64,000 bases of DNA from an uncultured delta proteobacterium (GTDB lineage Bacteria > Myxococcota_A > Polyangia > Fen-1088): NCBI GenBank assembly GCA_963796685.1, contig CAWCMR010000025.1, positions 1,568,001 to 1,632,000 on the forward strand, written 5' to 3'. Positions 48,224 through 57,647 of this stretch are shown here, piece after piece; positions within the stretch are counted from its first letter, which is position 1; each line of letters starts with the position of its first letter. The translations under genes and the position numbers were made by a program. The notes beneath the pieces are model-generated. The model did no database searches and was not told the DNA's origin. It saw nothing but the letters and a program-made list of their open reading frames with translations.

Positions 48224-49120
48224 TCAGCGGGCTCCGTCCTTGTCCTGCAGCCGCTTGATGGCCGCGCGAACGGTTGCACCCCCGCTTGCCAGCAACTCCT
48301 CGATGGCCTTGCGATCCGCGGGATCGGCCGAGGCAGCCAGGCAGGGAAGCATTCCGATCACGTCTTCGGGCAAGGCGCCTTCGGCCAAGGCCAGCTTGCG
48401 CAGCGACGGCTCCACGGGCAGAGGTTGTCCCTGTCGCTCGCACAGGCGCGCGCCCGCCGCCGCGGCTACGCTGGCGTCGCGATCTTGCGCGGCAGCGACG
48501 AGGGCGCTCACGGGCGCGGAGCTGGGCACCAGGCCGAGCACCGCGGCCCGGCGGATTTCCGCTTCTCTCGAAAGCAGAAGCCTGGCGGGGTCGCGGCTTT
48601 TGGCGCATCCTGCCGGCGAATCCGAGAGCCCTTGAATGGCCGTGAGCCTGCTGGACAACAGCTCGCCTTCATCGGTCGCCACGGCGGCCAGCCCCTGGCA
48701 AGTCGCCTGCAGGGTTTCCCCGGCCACCTCCCAGGCCGCAAGGCTTCTGTCATCGCTTGTGGCCAAGAGCGCCGAGGCCGCGCCCACGGCGTGACCGCGA
48801 ACGCGCTCGTCGGTCGAGGCGAGCAGGGGCACGATGCTATCGAGAAGAAGGATCCCGGAGGTCAGCAGCGGAACGGAATCCAGGGCGGCCAACACGATGC
48901 GCTTGTCGGGATCTTGCAGCGCCTTGGCCATGCGAGCCGGTCCCAAGCGGGCCGCCACCCGCGCCAGCTCGGCCCGATCGCCGCGCTCGGCCGCCTTGCG
49001 CAGATCGGTCAGCGGTGGCTCGTAAAGCCCGGTCCTGCGATTGATGGTCGCACGCTCGGCCGCACGCGTGATGCCGGTCAGCGCAAGCATTGCCGTCAGG
49101 AAGATCGCCCAGTTTCGCAT
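48224..49120 (-). CDS. Secreted HEAT-repeat protein
   Basis: Signal peptide MRNWAIFLTAMLALTGITRA; HEAT-like LQDPDKRIVLAAL, DERVRGHAV, EAEIRRAAVLGL. Confidence 0.7.
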   Translation of the reverse strand: MRNWAIFLTAMLALTGITRAAERATINRRTGLYEPPLTDLRKAAERGDRAELARVAARLGPARMAKALQDPDKRIVLAALDSVPLLTSGILLLDSIVPLLASTDERVRGHAVGAASALLATSDDRSLAAWEVAGETLQATCQGLAAVATDEGELLSSRLTAIQGLSDSPAGCAKSRDPARLLLSREAEIRRAAVLGLVPSSAPVSALVAAAQDRDASVAAAAGARLCERQGQPLPVEPSLRKLALAEGALPEDVIGMLPCLAASADPADRKAIEELLASGGATVRAAIKRLQDKDGAR

Positions 49121-49189
49121 GGTGCACGTCATGGTACGCCCGACCAGGCTAACCAAGTGCCAGCGGCAGAGCAATTTGTGCCCTGTTGC

Positions 49190-49486
49190 CGTATCCCGCG
49201 ACAAGCTCAGCGACATCGCGAGGCGCCGGGCTAAAGGCCCCATTCCGAGGCTAAGCCTCTCGCCTGGCAGGGCGACGAAAGGTGGTCGTGGCCGCAGACG
49301 TCACCGTGGCCGTGGCCGTGGCCTTTTTTCACCACAGAGAACACAGAGGACACAGAGGCCAGGAGAATGAAGGGTTCTCCGGATCTCGATCCGAACCCTT
49401 CATTTCTCATCCGTCTCAGTGTTCTCTGTGTCCTCTGTGGTTAGAATCCGGAAATTGCTCGGGTTTCAACCCGTTCGGTGCTCTAG
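49190..49486. repeat. Composite repeat: truncated MITE + CACAGAG/CTCTGTG palindrome + ggtgctctag end motif
   Basis: atcccgcgacaagctcagcgac..gtggccgtggcc; accacagagaacacagaggacacagag..gtgttctctgtgtcctctgtggt; gaaattgctcgggtttcaacccgttcggtgctctag. Confidence 0.75.
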
Positions 49487-50673
49487 AGGTGTGGCAGGCG
49501 CGGGACCATCACCAGCATGAGGGCGATGGCCAGGGCTGCGATGTAGAACGGCACGCGCAGTCCGAGGGTGTCGTAAAGCACGCCCCACAAAAGCGGGCCG
49601 GTGGCTCGGGCCAGGGCGTTCGAGCTTTGCATGAGGCCGAGGGTCGCGCCCTGCTTGTCGGGGCCGACCCGGCGCGAGATGTAGCTCGAAACGCTGGGCA
49701 TGTACAGGGCGGTTCCGGCGGCGGTGATGATCGCGGCCAGGATGAAGGTGGGCAAGCCGAGGCTGACGCTCAGTGCCTGCACGACGAAGCCGGCCGCCAT
49801 GAGAACCAGGGCGACGGCGAGCAGGCGAATCTCGCCGAAGCGCCGGGTGAGCCTGCCGATGAGCCCGCCTTGCACGATCACGGCAATCAGCCCCGCCAGC
49901 CCGAGCACGCGGCCGGTGCCCACCACGCCCATCTTGAAGGCGTCCAGCGTGAACAGCCGGAAGATGGCCTGCACACCCGAGAACCAGAAGACGGAGCTGA
50001 ACGCGATGAGGAGAATCGGGATCACGCCGGGCAAGCGTCCGACGGAGCGCAGGGTCTCGAGGTCGATGAGAGACAGCTTGCGCGTCGCCTTGGTTCGGTT
50101 TTCGGGCGGCAGCGATTCGGGCAGGTAGCGAAACGCGAAGAAGAGATTGATGGTGGAGAAGGCGGCTGCCACGAACGCGGGCAGCGTGCCCTGGTTCCCC
50201 ATGATGTGGAATTGCGCCAGCTCGCCGCCGATGAAGGGTCCGATCATGAAGCCAAGCCCGAAGCCCATGCCGATGATGCCCATGCCCTTGGCCCGCTCGC
50301 GTGGCGTGGTCACGTCGGCGATGTAGGCCTGGGCCACCGCGATGTTCGCGGTCGCTGCTCCGCTCCACAGGCGCGACAAGAAGACGGCGACCAGGGTCTG
50401 CGAAAGTCCAAGAAAGACCATGCCGATAGCCGAGGCGGCGATGCTCCACAGAAGAATCGGCCGGCGCCCCACGCGATCCGAGATACGGCCCCAGACCGGC
50501 ACCACGACGAATTGCATGAGCGAGTAGCAAGCGACCAGCGCCGCCGCCGTGAAGTCGCTGGCACCGAGATCGCGCGCCAAGGACGGGAGGAAGGGGATGA
50601 TGAGGCCGAACCCCACCAGGTCGAGAAAGACGGTGAGGAACAGCGTTCCGAGCGAGGCCCTACGCATGGTCAT
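49483..50673 (-). CDS. MFS transporter, DHA1/TetA-like
   Basis: TVFLDLVGFGLIIP, WGRISDRVGRRP (motif A), AYIADVT..RAKGMG, GFMIGPFIGG; about 12 TMs. Confidence 0.92.
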   Translation of the reverse strand: MTMRRASLGTLFLTVFLDLVGFGLIIPFLPSLARDLGASDFTAAALVACYSLMQFVVVPVWGRISDRVGRRPILLWSIAASAIGMVFLGLSQTLVAVFLSRLWSGAATANIAVAQAYIADVTTPRERAKGMGIIGMGFGLGFMIGPFIGGELAQFHIMGNQGTLPAFVAAAFSTINLFFAFRYLPESLPPENRTKATRKLSLIDLETLRSVGRLPGVIPILLIAFSSVFWFSGVQAIFRLFTLDAFKMGVVGTGRVLGLAGLIAVIVQGGLIGRLTRRFGEIRLLAVALVLMAAGFVVQALSVSLGLPTFILAAIITAAGTALYMPSVSSYISRRVGPDKQGATLGLMQSSNALARATGPLLWGVLYDTLGLRVPFYIAALAIALMLVMVPRLPHL

Positions 50674-50706
50674 GGGTTTCAAGGGAGAGCACGGTGCTCT
50701 CGCTAC

Positions 50707-51933
50707 CTACCCGACCGTCGGCGCAAATAGGAGATCCATGAGTTGGCGTCCGGCCAGGCCCTGGTAGCGGCCGCGCGCGCAGTCCTTCTCGGTGTAGCGA
50801 CCCAGCGAGGCGTCGTTGGTCACGCCCGCCCCGGCCACCATGAAGGGCACGGGATCGCGGGTGTGCTTGCGCAGCTTCACCGGCACCGGGTGGTCGGGCA
50901 GCACCATCACGCGCAGCTCGTCGCGGTGAACCTTCTTGTACTCGTCGAGAAAGGTCTTGGCCAGCCGGCTGTCCACGTCTTCGATGGCTTTGATCTTGTT
51001 CGGCAGGTCGCCGAGGTGGCCGCACTCGTCGACCGCCTCCACGTGCAGATAGACGAAGTCGTTGCGGCGGAGCATGTCGACCGCGGCTCGCGCCTTGTTC
51101 TCGTAGTTGGTGTCGATCCAACCGGTGGCGCCCTCGGGCCGCAGCGATTCCATCTTGCCGAGCAGGCCCAGGCCCAGGATCACGTCCACCGCCGAGATGA
51201 TGCTGCCCTTCTTGCCATACAGCTTCTCGAACGACGGCATGTCGGGCTTGCAGCCACCCGACCAGGGCCAGATCATGTTGGCCGGGTTCTCGCCCTTTTC
51301 GATGCGCTTGCGGTTGACGGGGTGGTCGGCCAAAAGCGCGCGCGACTGCAGCATCAGGTCGCGCAGCAGCGCCGCCGTGGCCTCGGCCTCGGGGGTGCGC
51401 GCGCGCGGCAGGATCTTGGCCCACTCCATGCCGTGCGAGGAATCGGGCTTGTCGTAGTCCACCGCCGGCGAGAAACGCTTGCCGTGCAGATAGAGGATGT
51501 GGCGGTAGGAAACGCCCTTGCGGATCTCGACCTCGGCGCCTCCCAGCTTGGCGGCCAGGAAGTCGACGATCTCGGCCGCTTCGGGCTCGCTGATGTGTCC
51601 CGCCGAGTAGTCCTCCAGCACATCGCCCTTGGTGGTGATGATGTTCATGCGGAAGGCGACGGTTTGGTCGTCGAGCGGCACCCCAAGCCCGTAGCTCTCG
51701 ATGGCGCCGCGCCCGGTATACGACGAGGCCAAATCCCAGCCGAGCACCGACATGTTGGCCACGTCCGACGAGGTGGGAAACGCGGAGGGCAGGGTGACGA
51801 AGGTGCCGAACTGCGCCTGTTGCGCCAGCCCGTCGAGCACGGGGGTTCTGGCGGCCTCGATGGGTGTCTTCCCCCCAAGCTCGGGAAGGGGGTCGTCAGC
51901 CATTCCATCGATGAGAATCACGGCGTATTTCAT
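50707..51933 (-). CDS. apgM: Cofactor-independent phosphoglycerate mutase, archaeal type
   Basis: ILIDGMADD..KTP..ARTP..SSDVANMSVLG..HVEAVDECGHLGD..PDHPVP..HTRDPVPF. Confidence 0.88.
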   Translation of the reverse strand: MKYAVILIDGMADDPLPELGGKTPIEAARTPVLDGLAQQAQFGTFVTLPSAFPTSSDVANMSVLGWDLASSYTGRGAIESYGLGVPLDDQTVAFRMNIITTKGDVLEDYSAGHISEPEAAEIVDFLAAKLGGAEVEIRKGVSYRHILYLHGKRFSPAVDYDKPDSSHGMEWAKILPRARTPEAEATAALLRDLMLQSRALLADHPVNRKRIEKGENPANMIWPWSGGCKPDMPSFEKLYGKKGSIISAVDVILGLGLLGKMESLRPEGATGWIDTNYENKARAAVDMLRRNDFVYLHVEAVDECGHLGDLPNKIKAIEDVDSRLAKTFLDEYKKVHRDELRVMVLPDHPVPVKLRKHTRDPVPFMVAGAGVTNDASLGRYTEKDCARGRYQGLAGRQLMDLLFAPTVG

Positions 51934-52119
51934 GGGGAGGTCTCGTGTCTAGGTGCGTGCGGTCGACTGGACGGTTCCATTCGATAGCACGCCGCGGGTC
52001 GGGAGACCATGACCGGCCTGGGGGGCAGGACGTCAAAAAAAGTTTACCCGCGAGTAACGCATCGGCTACAATCGGCCACCCTTACCATTCCGGTAGTTGA
52101 ACTTCATGAAGGAGGAGAG

Positions 52120-52806
52120 ATGCGCAAAGTAAGTATGTTCCTTGGTTTGGCTTTGTTCGCGTTGGCAGGATCCGCCCGCGCCCAAGACGAAGCTGCGCCC
52201 CCCAGCAATGCCCCCCCGGCCCTGGACGCCAATGGCAATCCAGCCGCCGCACCTGAGGCGGCTCCGGCTCCCGCTCCCGAGGCTGCTGCCCCCGCGGCCG
52301 CGCCAGCCGCCGCCGAAAGCAAGATGCAGCTCGGCCTTAACCTCTTGCCGATGCTTCTCGGCAAGACCAAGACCGATGCTGGGTCCGCCGACATGTCGAT
52401 GGCCTATGGTGTCGGTGTGTCCTTCGGCTACGCCGTCATCCCCGGCCTGTACGTAGGCGTGGCTCCCCAGGCCCTGTTCCGAGTCAATGGCAAGCCCGCC
52501 GCCGGCGATTCCGCCAAGGCGTACGACCTCTTGGCTCGCGTCGCGTACGTCTACACGGTGGCCCCTAAGATTGGAATCTATGCCGAGGTACTGCCCGGCT
52601 ACTCCATCGTTTCGCTGCCTGCCCCCATCAGCAAGAGCGCCAAGGGCTTCGTCATCGCTGGCGGCGTGGGCGCCATGATGGATGTCACGGACCAGGTGTT
52701 CGTCAACCTCGGTGTTGGTTACCAGTACGGCCTGGAGAAGGTCGACAGCGCCAAGTCGAACCTCAGCTACCTACGCATTGCCGTGGGCGCTGGCATGAAG
52801 TTCTAA
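52120..52806 (+). CDS. Outer-membrane beta-barrel protein
   Basis: GGAGGAG RBS, signal peptide, Ala/Pro linker, alternating beta strands, C-terminal GMKF. Confidence 0.8.
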   Translation: MRKVSMFLGLALFALAGSARAQDEAAPPSNAPPALDANGNPAAAPEAAPAPAPEAAAPAAAPAAAESKMQLGLNLLPMLLGKTKTDAGSADMSMAYGVGVSFGYAVIPGLYVGVAPQALFRVNGKPAAGDSAKAYDLLARVAYVYTVAPKIGIYAEVLPGYSIVSLPAPISKSAKGFVIAGGVGAMMDVTDQVFVNLGVGYQYGLEKVDSAKSNLSYLRIAVGAGMKF

Positions 52807-52830
52807 CCGCTACACCGATCATCCAAGCAG

Positions 52831-52869
52831 AAGCCCGGCGCCCTTTGGGGTGGCCGGGTTTTTCTTTTT
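52831..52869 (+). terminator. Rho-independent terminator
   Basis: GC hairpin gcccggcgccc-tttg-gggtggccgggt followed by a T-run. Confidence 0.8.
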
Positions 52870-52885
52870 GCGTAGGATCGCGGCC

Positions 52886-53641
52886 ATGTGGAAATACGTC
52901 CCGACGCTTGCTCTCGCTGCACTCACCTTCACCGGCGCTGCCCACGCGCAAGGTGGCTACCCCGACGAGTACGCTTTGCGGCCCGTGCAGCTGCCCACAG
53001 GAATGGTCCAGCTCAAGGTGCCCGTCGTCATCAACCTGTCCAAGGACGCGGTAGCAAGCCCGGTGTACATTCCCTTCGAGCTGCGCCTCGGCCTCACGGA
53101 CGAGCTCGAAATGCGCATCTTCCATCCCGTCCACGGTCTGTGCGTGAGCGGGCACGCCAAGGGCTGCGGCCACATCTACAACGATCTCGCCCTCGGTATG
53201 CTCTACTCGGTCATGCGCGAGCAGGGCATGGAGCTCTCCCTGCTCGGCGCCCTCGAGGTGGACTCGTTCGCAAGTCCGGCGCTGGTTCGCCTGGATGCCG
53301 GCGTGGCTTTCAAGTACGTGCATGCGCCGTATTCCATCGTGACCTCGCCCTACGTCGGCATCGGCATCAGCCACCGCGACGGGAACGGGGATTCCATCAA
53401 CATTCCGGTCGAATTCGCCTACCAGCTCTCGCTGCCCACGGCCCTCTTCCTCGAAAGCGGCCTCTACGGCGCCGCCCGCGACTTCGGCAACACCTGGTCC
53501 ATGCCCCTCGGCGTCGGCCTCAATTACCTGCTTCAACACGGCGTCGACATGGGCGCCGAATTCAAGCTCGACGATGCCATCGGCAACGGCAGCAGCGGAG
53601 ACGCCCGCGAATTCATCTTCTATTTCGCGCTGCGAAACTAG
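52886..53641 (+). CDS. Hypothetical secreted protein, probable outer-membrane beta-barrel
   Basis: Signal peptide ending AHA; YALRPVQLPTG; amphipathic strands; aromatic-rich C-terminus. Confidence 0.7.
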   Translation: MWKYVPTLALAALTFTGAAHAQGGYPDEYALRPVQLPTGMVQLKVPVVINLSKDAVASPVYIPFELRLGLTDELEMRIFHPVHGLCVSGHAKGCGHIYNDLALGMLYSVMREQGMELSLLGALEVDSFASPALVRLDAGVAFKYVHAPYSIVTSPYVGIGISHRDGNGDSINIPVEFAYQLSLPTALFLESGLYGAARDFGNTWSMPLGVGLNYLLQHGVDMGAEFKLDDAIGNGSSGDAREFIFYFALRN

Positions 53642-53653
53642 TCGGAGCACGGA

Positions 53654-53678
53654 GGGCGGGTTTGAAACCCGCCCCTAC
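53654..53678. repeat. GTAG-type REP
   Basis: Exact copy of the 24909 palindrome, between convergent genes. Confidence 0.85.
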
Positions 53679-53682
53679 ACAG

Positions 53683-54462
53683 CTACGCCGCGAGCTTCTT
53701 GGCGCGAATCTGCTCGGCGATGCGAAGCATGCGCCGAACCGCGGAGATGTTGGCGACCACGGCCACCACCAGCAGGGTGATCTCGATGGGCAGCTCGCGT
53801 CCCACGGAGACCGTGGCGATGCTGGGCGAGCCGGGCTTGACGAACTCCCACACGGGCGAGACCCCGCAGCCGACGAGGACGTAGACGGCGCGCTCGGCCC
53901 GGCGCATGGCTCCCTTGGGCGGGACCACGCCGAGGGCCTCTGCCTTGGCGGTGGTGTAGCTCACCATGAACGAGCCGAGCACGGCGCCGAGGCATAGCAG
54001 GAGGGCGACCGGGCTGCTGCGAAAGTAGATGATCAGGCCGGCCAGCAGGAAGTACTCGACGTAGCGATCCACGGCGGCGTCGAACAGCTCGCCCACGTCC
54101 GACATGCTGTCATAGCGACGGGCCAGCATGCCGTCGACCATGTCGCAGAACCCCGATCCCGTGGCCAAGAGCGCCCCCACCCCGAAGTGGCCCATGGAGA
54201 TGAGGGCCGCGGACACCAGCGCGGGCGCGAGGGAAAAGGCGGTCACCATGTTGGGGGTGACGCGTAGGCGGTACAGCACGTCGACCAGCGGTTCGAACAG
54301 CTTGTAGGCGACCTCCATGATCCCTCGGCTCAGCATGATGCTGCCGTGCCCGTCCAGGCGCTTGTTGCCGGCGCGCTTGGGTAGCAGCGCCAGCACGCCG
54401 CACGTCACCGCGACAACGACCCCGAATGCCAGGAGAATGAGGGCGCAGATGAGATCCGCCAT
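53683..54462 (-). CDS. CDP-alcohol phosphatidyltransferase (PIP-synthase-like)
   Basis: TPNMVT; DMVDGMLAR..GELFDAAVDRY signature; SFMVSYTTAKAEALG..GAMRRAER. Confidence 0.88.
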   Translation of the reverse strand: MADLICALILLAFGVVVAVTCGVLALLPKRAGNKRLDGHGSIMLSRGIMEVAYKLFEPLVDVLYRLRVTPNMVTAFSLAPALVSAALISMGHFGVGALLATGSGFCDMVDGMLARRYDSMSDVGELFDAAVDRYVEYFLLAGLIIYFRSSPVALLLCLGAVLGSFMVSYTTAKAEALGVVPPKGAMRRAERAVYVLVGCGVSPVWEFVKPGSPSIATVSVGRELPIEITLLVVAVVANISAVRRMLRIAEQIRAKKLAA

Positions 54463-54535
54463 GTGTGGGCATAGTGAAGGAATCGCCCGGCGCCTTCAAG
54501 TCGCGCGTGCGAACAGGTCCGTGGGATGCCGGTCC

Positions 54536-54757
54536 CCCTGATCCCGCGACAAGAAGAGCGACAGCGCGGAAGGTACGAGAAAGAGACACCTTTCCACGAC
54601 GGACGCACGCACCCAATCGGAGCGATGACGGGCGGTCGTAGACGTAGACGGCTTACCGTGGCCGTGGCCGTGGCCGACGGAAATTACAGCCGGCCACGGC
54701 CACGGCCACGACTACGGCCACGACCACGACCTTCTGCGGCTGTCGTGGGATCATGGG
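54536..54757. mobile_element. MITE-like element (same family as 47928)
   Basis: Left ccctgatcccgcgaca, internal gtggcc/ggccac arrays, right gaccttctgcggctgtcgtgggatcatggg. Confidence 0.7.
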
Positions 54758-54811
54758 GCACCACGACCCGCTTGACGTGACCACCCATGGCTTGCTCTAG
54801 TCTCGCTCGTC

Positions 54812-55510
54812 ATGGTCGTGGCGAGGGATCAGCTTGTCGAGCAGCACCTGCATCTGGTGCACGCGATCGCCGCCAAGCTCAGGCACCGGCTCGGCAAGAC
54901 CATGGAGCCTGGCGATCTGGTCGGGTATGGCACGCAGGGCCTGCTCGAGGCGGCCAGGAAATTCGATCCCCGACAGGGCACGGCCTTCGGCACCTTCGCC
55001 TACTATCGCATCCGCGGTGCCATCTTCGATGGCATGCGTACCATGGGTTGGTATTCGCGCGGCGACTACGCGCGCTTCCGTGCCGAGGAGCGCGCCAACG
55101 AATACCTGGCCGCGGAATGCGCGCGCGAGGCCGCGCTCAGGGCGGCGAGCCCGGCCGGGCCGACCCAGGACGGGGCGGACAAGTCCGAGGTTCTGGAAGA
55201 CATCGCCGGGCTCTTGGGCGCGATGGCCACGGTTCACATCACCTCCATCGAGGCCGCGCGCGATGCCCCGGACGACCGGTTCAAGGCGCCCGACCAGGAG
55301 GTTCTGGAGGCCGAGGGGCGCGAACGTGTCCGGGCCGCGCTGGCCACCTTGCCCGACAAAGAACGGCGGCTCATGGAGCTCTATTACTTCGCGGATATGA
55401 ATCTGGAGGACGCCGGCAAGAAGCTCGGGCTGTCCAAATCCTGGGCGAGTCGGCTGCATAGCCGCGCGGTGGACCACCTGCGCGAAGTCTTGCAAGAAGG
55501 TGAATCGTGA
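54812..55510 (+). CDS. FliA/WhiG-family (sigma-28-like) sigma factor
   Basis: DLVGYGTQGLLEAARKFDP..FGTFAYYRIRGAIFDGMR; region 4 LPDKERRLMELYYF..LGLSKSWASRLH. Confidence 0.88.
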   Translation: MVVARDQLVEQHLHLVHAIAAKLRHRLGKTMEPGDLVGYGTQGLLEAARKFDPRQGTAFGTFAYYRIRGAIFDGMRTMGWYSRGDYARFRAEERANEYLAAECAREAALRAASPAGPTQDGADKSEVLEDIAGLLGAMATVHITSIEAARDAPDDRFKAPDQEVLEAEGRERVRAALATLPDKERRLMELYYFADMNLEDAGKKLGLSKSWASRLHSRAVDHLREVLQEGES

Positions 55511-55515
55511 GCTGC

Positions 55516-56304
55516 ATGAACCGTTCGTGGGCACTTCTCGCCGTCTTGCTCGGCGCCAGCTTCGTTCCAGGCAGGTTGCGGGCCGAGTCGCAGGCAACGC
55601 AAACAGCGCCCGCGGCCAGCGTGCTCTCGCCAGCCGCCCCACCTCCTGCACCAGCGGCGCCGCCATCCGCGCCGGCCTATCCCTACGCGCCGTCGCCGTA
55701 TCCACAGGGCTATCCGCCGCCAGGGTATGCGGCGCCAGGGTATCCACCGCCGGGCTATCCCCCACCGGGGTATCCGCCACCGGGCTATCCGCTGCCGCGC
55801 TACGAACCGCCCGAACCTCCGCCGCCGGAGACGACCTTCTCGCTCACCATCTCTCCCCTGCATCTTCTTCTGCCGCTCCTGGAGCTGACGGGCGAGCTCC
55901 GACTTGGCAGCCAAGCAGGCCTTGCCCTGATCGCGGGCGGAGGCAGAGTTACCGTGCACGAGGCCGGTGGGCCATCGGTCACGTTCACCGCGCTCGAAGG
56001 CGGCGGTCAACTTCGCTACTACGTCACCGGCTCGTTCCGGCGGGGCCTGCATGTCGGAGCCGAAATTCTCTACATGCACGTGAACGGGGCACTCCAAGAC
56101 GTGACCGGCGTGGCCAGCGGATTGGCCATGGGACCGCTCGTCGGCTGGAAGACCACGAGCTACGCCGGGTTTACCTTCGAGGTCCAAGGAGGCGTGGAGG
56201 TGGTGACCCTGGGAGCAAGCGTGAGCGACAGCTCGGGTGGTACCAGCACCTCCGCCGTGGACTACATCCCGCTCGTCAATCTCAACATCGGTTGGTCGTT
56301 TTGA
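55516..56304 (+). CDS. Outer-membrane beta-barrel protein with (PPGY)n linker
   Basis: Signal peptide, GYPPP repeats, beta strands, C-terminal LNIGWSF. Confidence 0.75.
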   Translation: MNRSWALLAVLLGASFVPGRLRAESQATQTAPAASVLSPAAPPPAPAAPPSAPAYPYAPSPYPQGYPPPGYAAPGYPPPGYPPPGYPPPGYPLPRYEPPEPPPPETTFSLTISPLHLLLPLLELTGELRLGSQAGLALIAGGGRVTVHEAGGPSVTFTALEGGGQLRYYVTGSFRRGLHVGAEILYMHVNGALQDVTGVASGLAMGPLVGWKTTSYAGFTFEVQGGVEVVTLGASVSDSSGGTSTSAVDYIPLVNLNIGWSF

Positions 56305-56357
56305 CCTGAGCTCGCCGACCACTTCCCGCGCGGGCCGAAAATGATAGAGTTGCCCCC

Positions 56358-57095
56358 ATGCGTCGCTTGTGGATAGGGGTGGTGCTCGTGCTCGGTTGTT
56401 CGATGCCAATCCAGCATGGGCTCGATGAAGCCGCGGCCAACGAAATCCTGACGTCGCTCGAACGGGTCGGGATTCCAGCCACCAAGGGCCGTGACGAGGA
56501 TGGCACGTTCGCGGTCGTCGTCGCCAAGGGCGATGGCTTGCGCGCCATGGAGCTCATGCGCTCGCTCGGCCTGCCGCGCGGGCCACGCGCGGGGTTCGGC
56601 GAGATCTACAAGCAACCAAGCCTTGTCCCGACGCCGACCGAGGAGCGCGCCCGCTACGTCGAGGCGCTCGGCGGCGAGATCGCCCGCACCCTGGAGAGCG
56701 TCGACGGCGTCGTGAGCGCGCGGGTGCACCTGGTGTTGTCCGAGCCCGACCCGATGGCCTTGGACGGTAAACCCCGGGTGGCGGCTCAGGCGGCGGTCTT
56801 GCTCAAAACCCGTGGCGGGCGGCCTGCGCCGATCGGGGAACGAGACGTGCAGAAATTGGTCGCGGGCAGCGTACCGGGCCTGGACGCCTCGGCTGTCGCC
56901 GTCGTGGTCATCCCGGCCGAGACGCCGTCCGCGTCGAGCGCGAGCCTCGCGGCGCTGGGTCCCTTGCGCACGACCGCGGATGGCCGAAGCGTGCTGGTCG
57001 TCGTCTCGGTCGTGGCCTTCGCGCTGGTCGGATTGCTCGCGGCACTCGTGCTGGTGCTGTCGCGCCGCCTGGCGGCTGCGCAGAGAAAGAGCTAG
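56358..57095 (+). CDS. sctJ: Type III secretion inner-membrane ring lipoprotein, SctJ/YscJ family
   Basis: Lipobox VLGC; GLDEAAANEI..GLPR..SLVPTPTEERARY..EIARTLESVDGVVSARVHLV..AAVLLK..LVAGSVPGL; C-terminal TM. Confidence 0.88.
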   Translation: MRRLWIGVVLVLGCSMPIQHGLDEAAANEILTSLERVGIPATKGRDEDGTFAVVVAKGDGLRAMELMRSLGLPRGPRAGFGEIYKQPSLVPTPTEERARYVEALGGEIARTLESVDGVVSARVHLVLSEPDPMALDGKPRVAAQAAVLLKTRGGRPAPIGERDVQKLVAGSVPGLDASAVAVVVIPAETPSASSASLAALGPLRTTADGRSVLVVVSVVAFALVGLLAALVLVLSRRLAAAQRKS

Positions 57096-57109
57096 AAGAA
57101 AAGACACCC

Positions 57110-57634
57110 ATGCAGTCCATCTCTACCGCGCGCCGCCTGTTGTTGTTGACGTTGATGGTGCTTTCCGTCGGGACTCCGCTTGCCCGAGGGGAACCGCCGA
57201 CCCCGGAGGCGTTGCGGGCGCGAAAGCTGGCCGCCCGTCGCTACGAGGGAATGGTCGTGGCGTTGCCCGAGTCGGCCTTCGCGAACGGCCTGCGCGTGTG
57301 CGCGAGGGAAACACCATCCGGGATCAACGGGTACTTTCGGGTCACGCCCAAGATCGCGAATCTCATCGACGCGCAGTTGCTGCCTTACCTGCGCAAGAGC
57401 GGGCTCGACAAGAAACTGGCGTTCGCCGCCAAGCTCTACCTGCGCCAGTACGTCGGGTTCGTGCGCGACGGAGCGCGGTTCGTCTACGTCAACGCCCTGC
57501 TGGTGGAGAAGGGCAAGCCCGAGATTGAAGAGGCCAAGAAGGGATTTCTGAAATCCTGCAGCCAGGTCAGCGGCTATTGGGGCATCCAGTACGACACCAA
57601 GACCAAGCAGTTCTTGGGCTTTACGACCCGATGA
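57110..57634 (+). CDS. Hypothetical secreted protein
   Basis: Signal peptide; YLRQYVGF..VYVNA..YWGIQYD; coding-like codon usage; 14 bp after sctJ. Confidence 0.65.
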   Translation: MQSISTARRLLLLTLMVLSVGTPLARGEPPTPEALRARKLAARRYEGMVVALPESAFANGLRVCARETPSGINGYFRVTPKIANLIDAQLLPYLRKSGLDKKLAFAAKLYLRQYVGFVRDGARFVYVNALLVEKGKPEIEEAKKGFLKSCSQVSGYWGIQYDTKTKQFLGFTTR

Positions 57635-57647
57635 TGGCGAGACCGGG

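Noticed and set aside
47928-49330. Repeated GTGGCC units and a duplicated ~130-bp block as a possible CRISPR array
   Set aside because: No constant repeat with unique equal-length spacers and no cas genes; better explained as MITE-like elements.
49483-50673. Calling the MFS a tetracycline-resistance gene
   Set aside because: Only family-level DHA1 motifs; no tetR or mobile context; substrate cannot be inferred.
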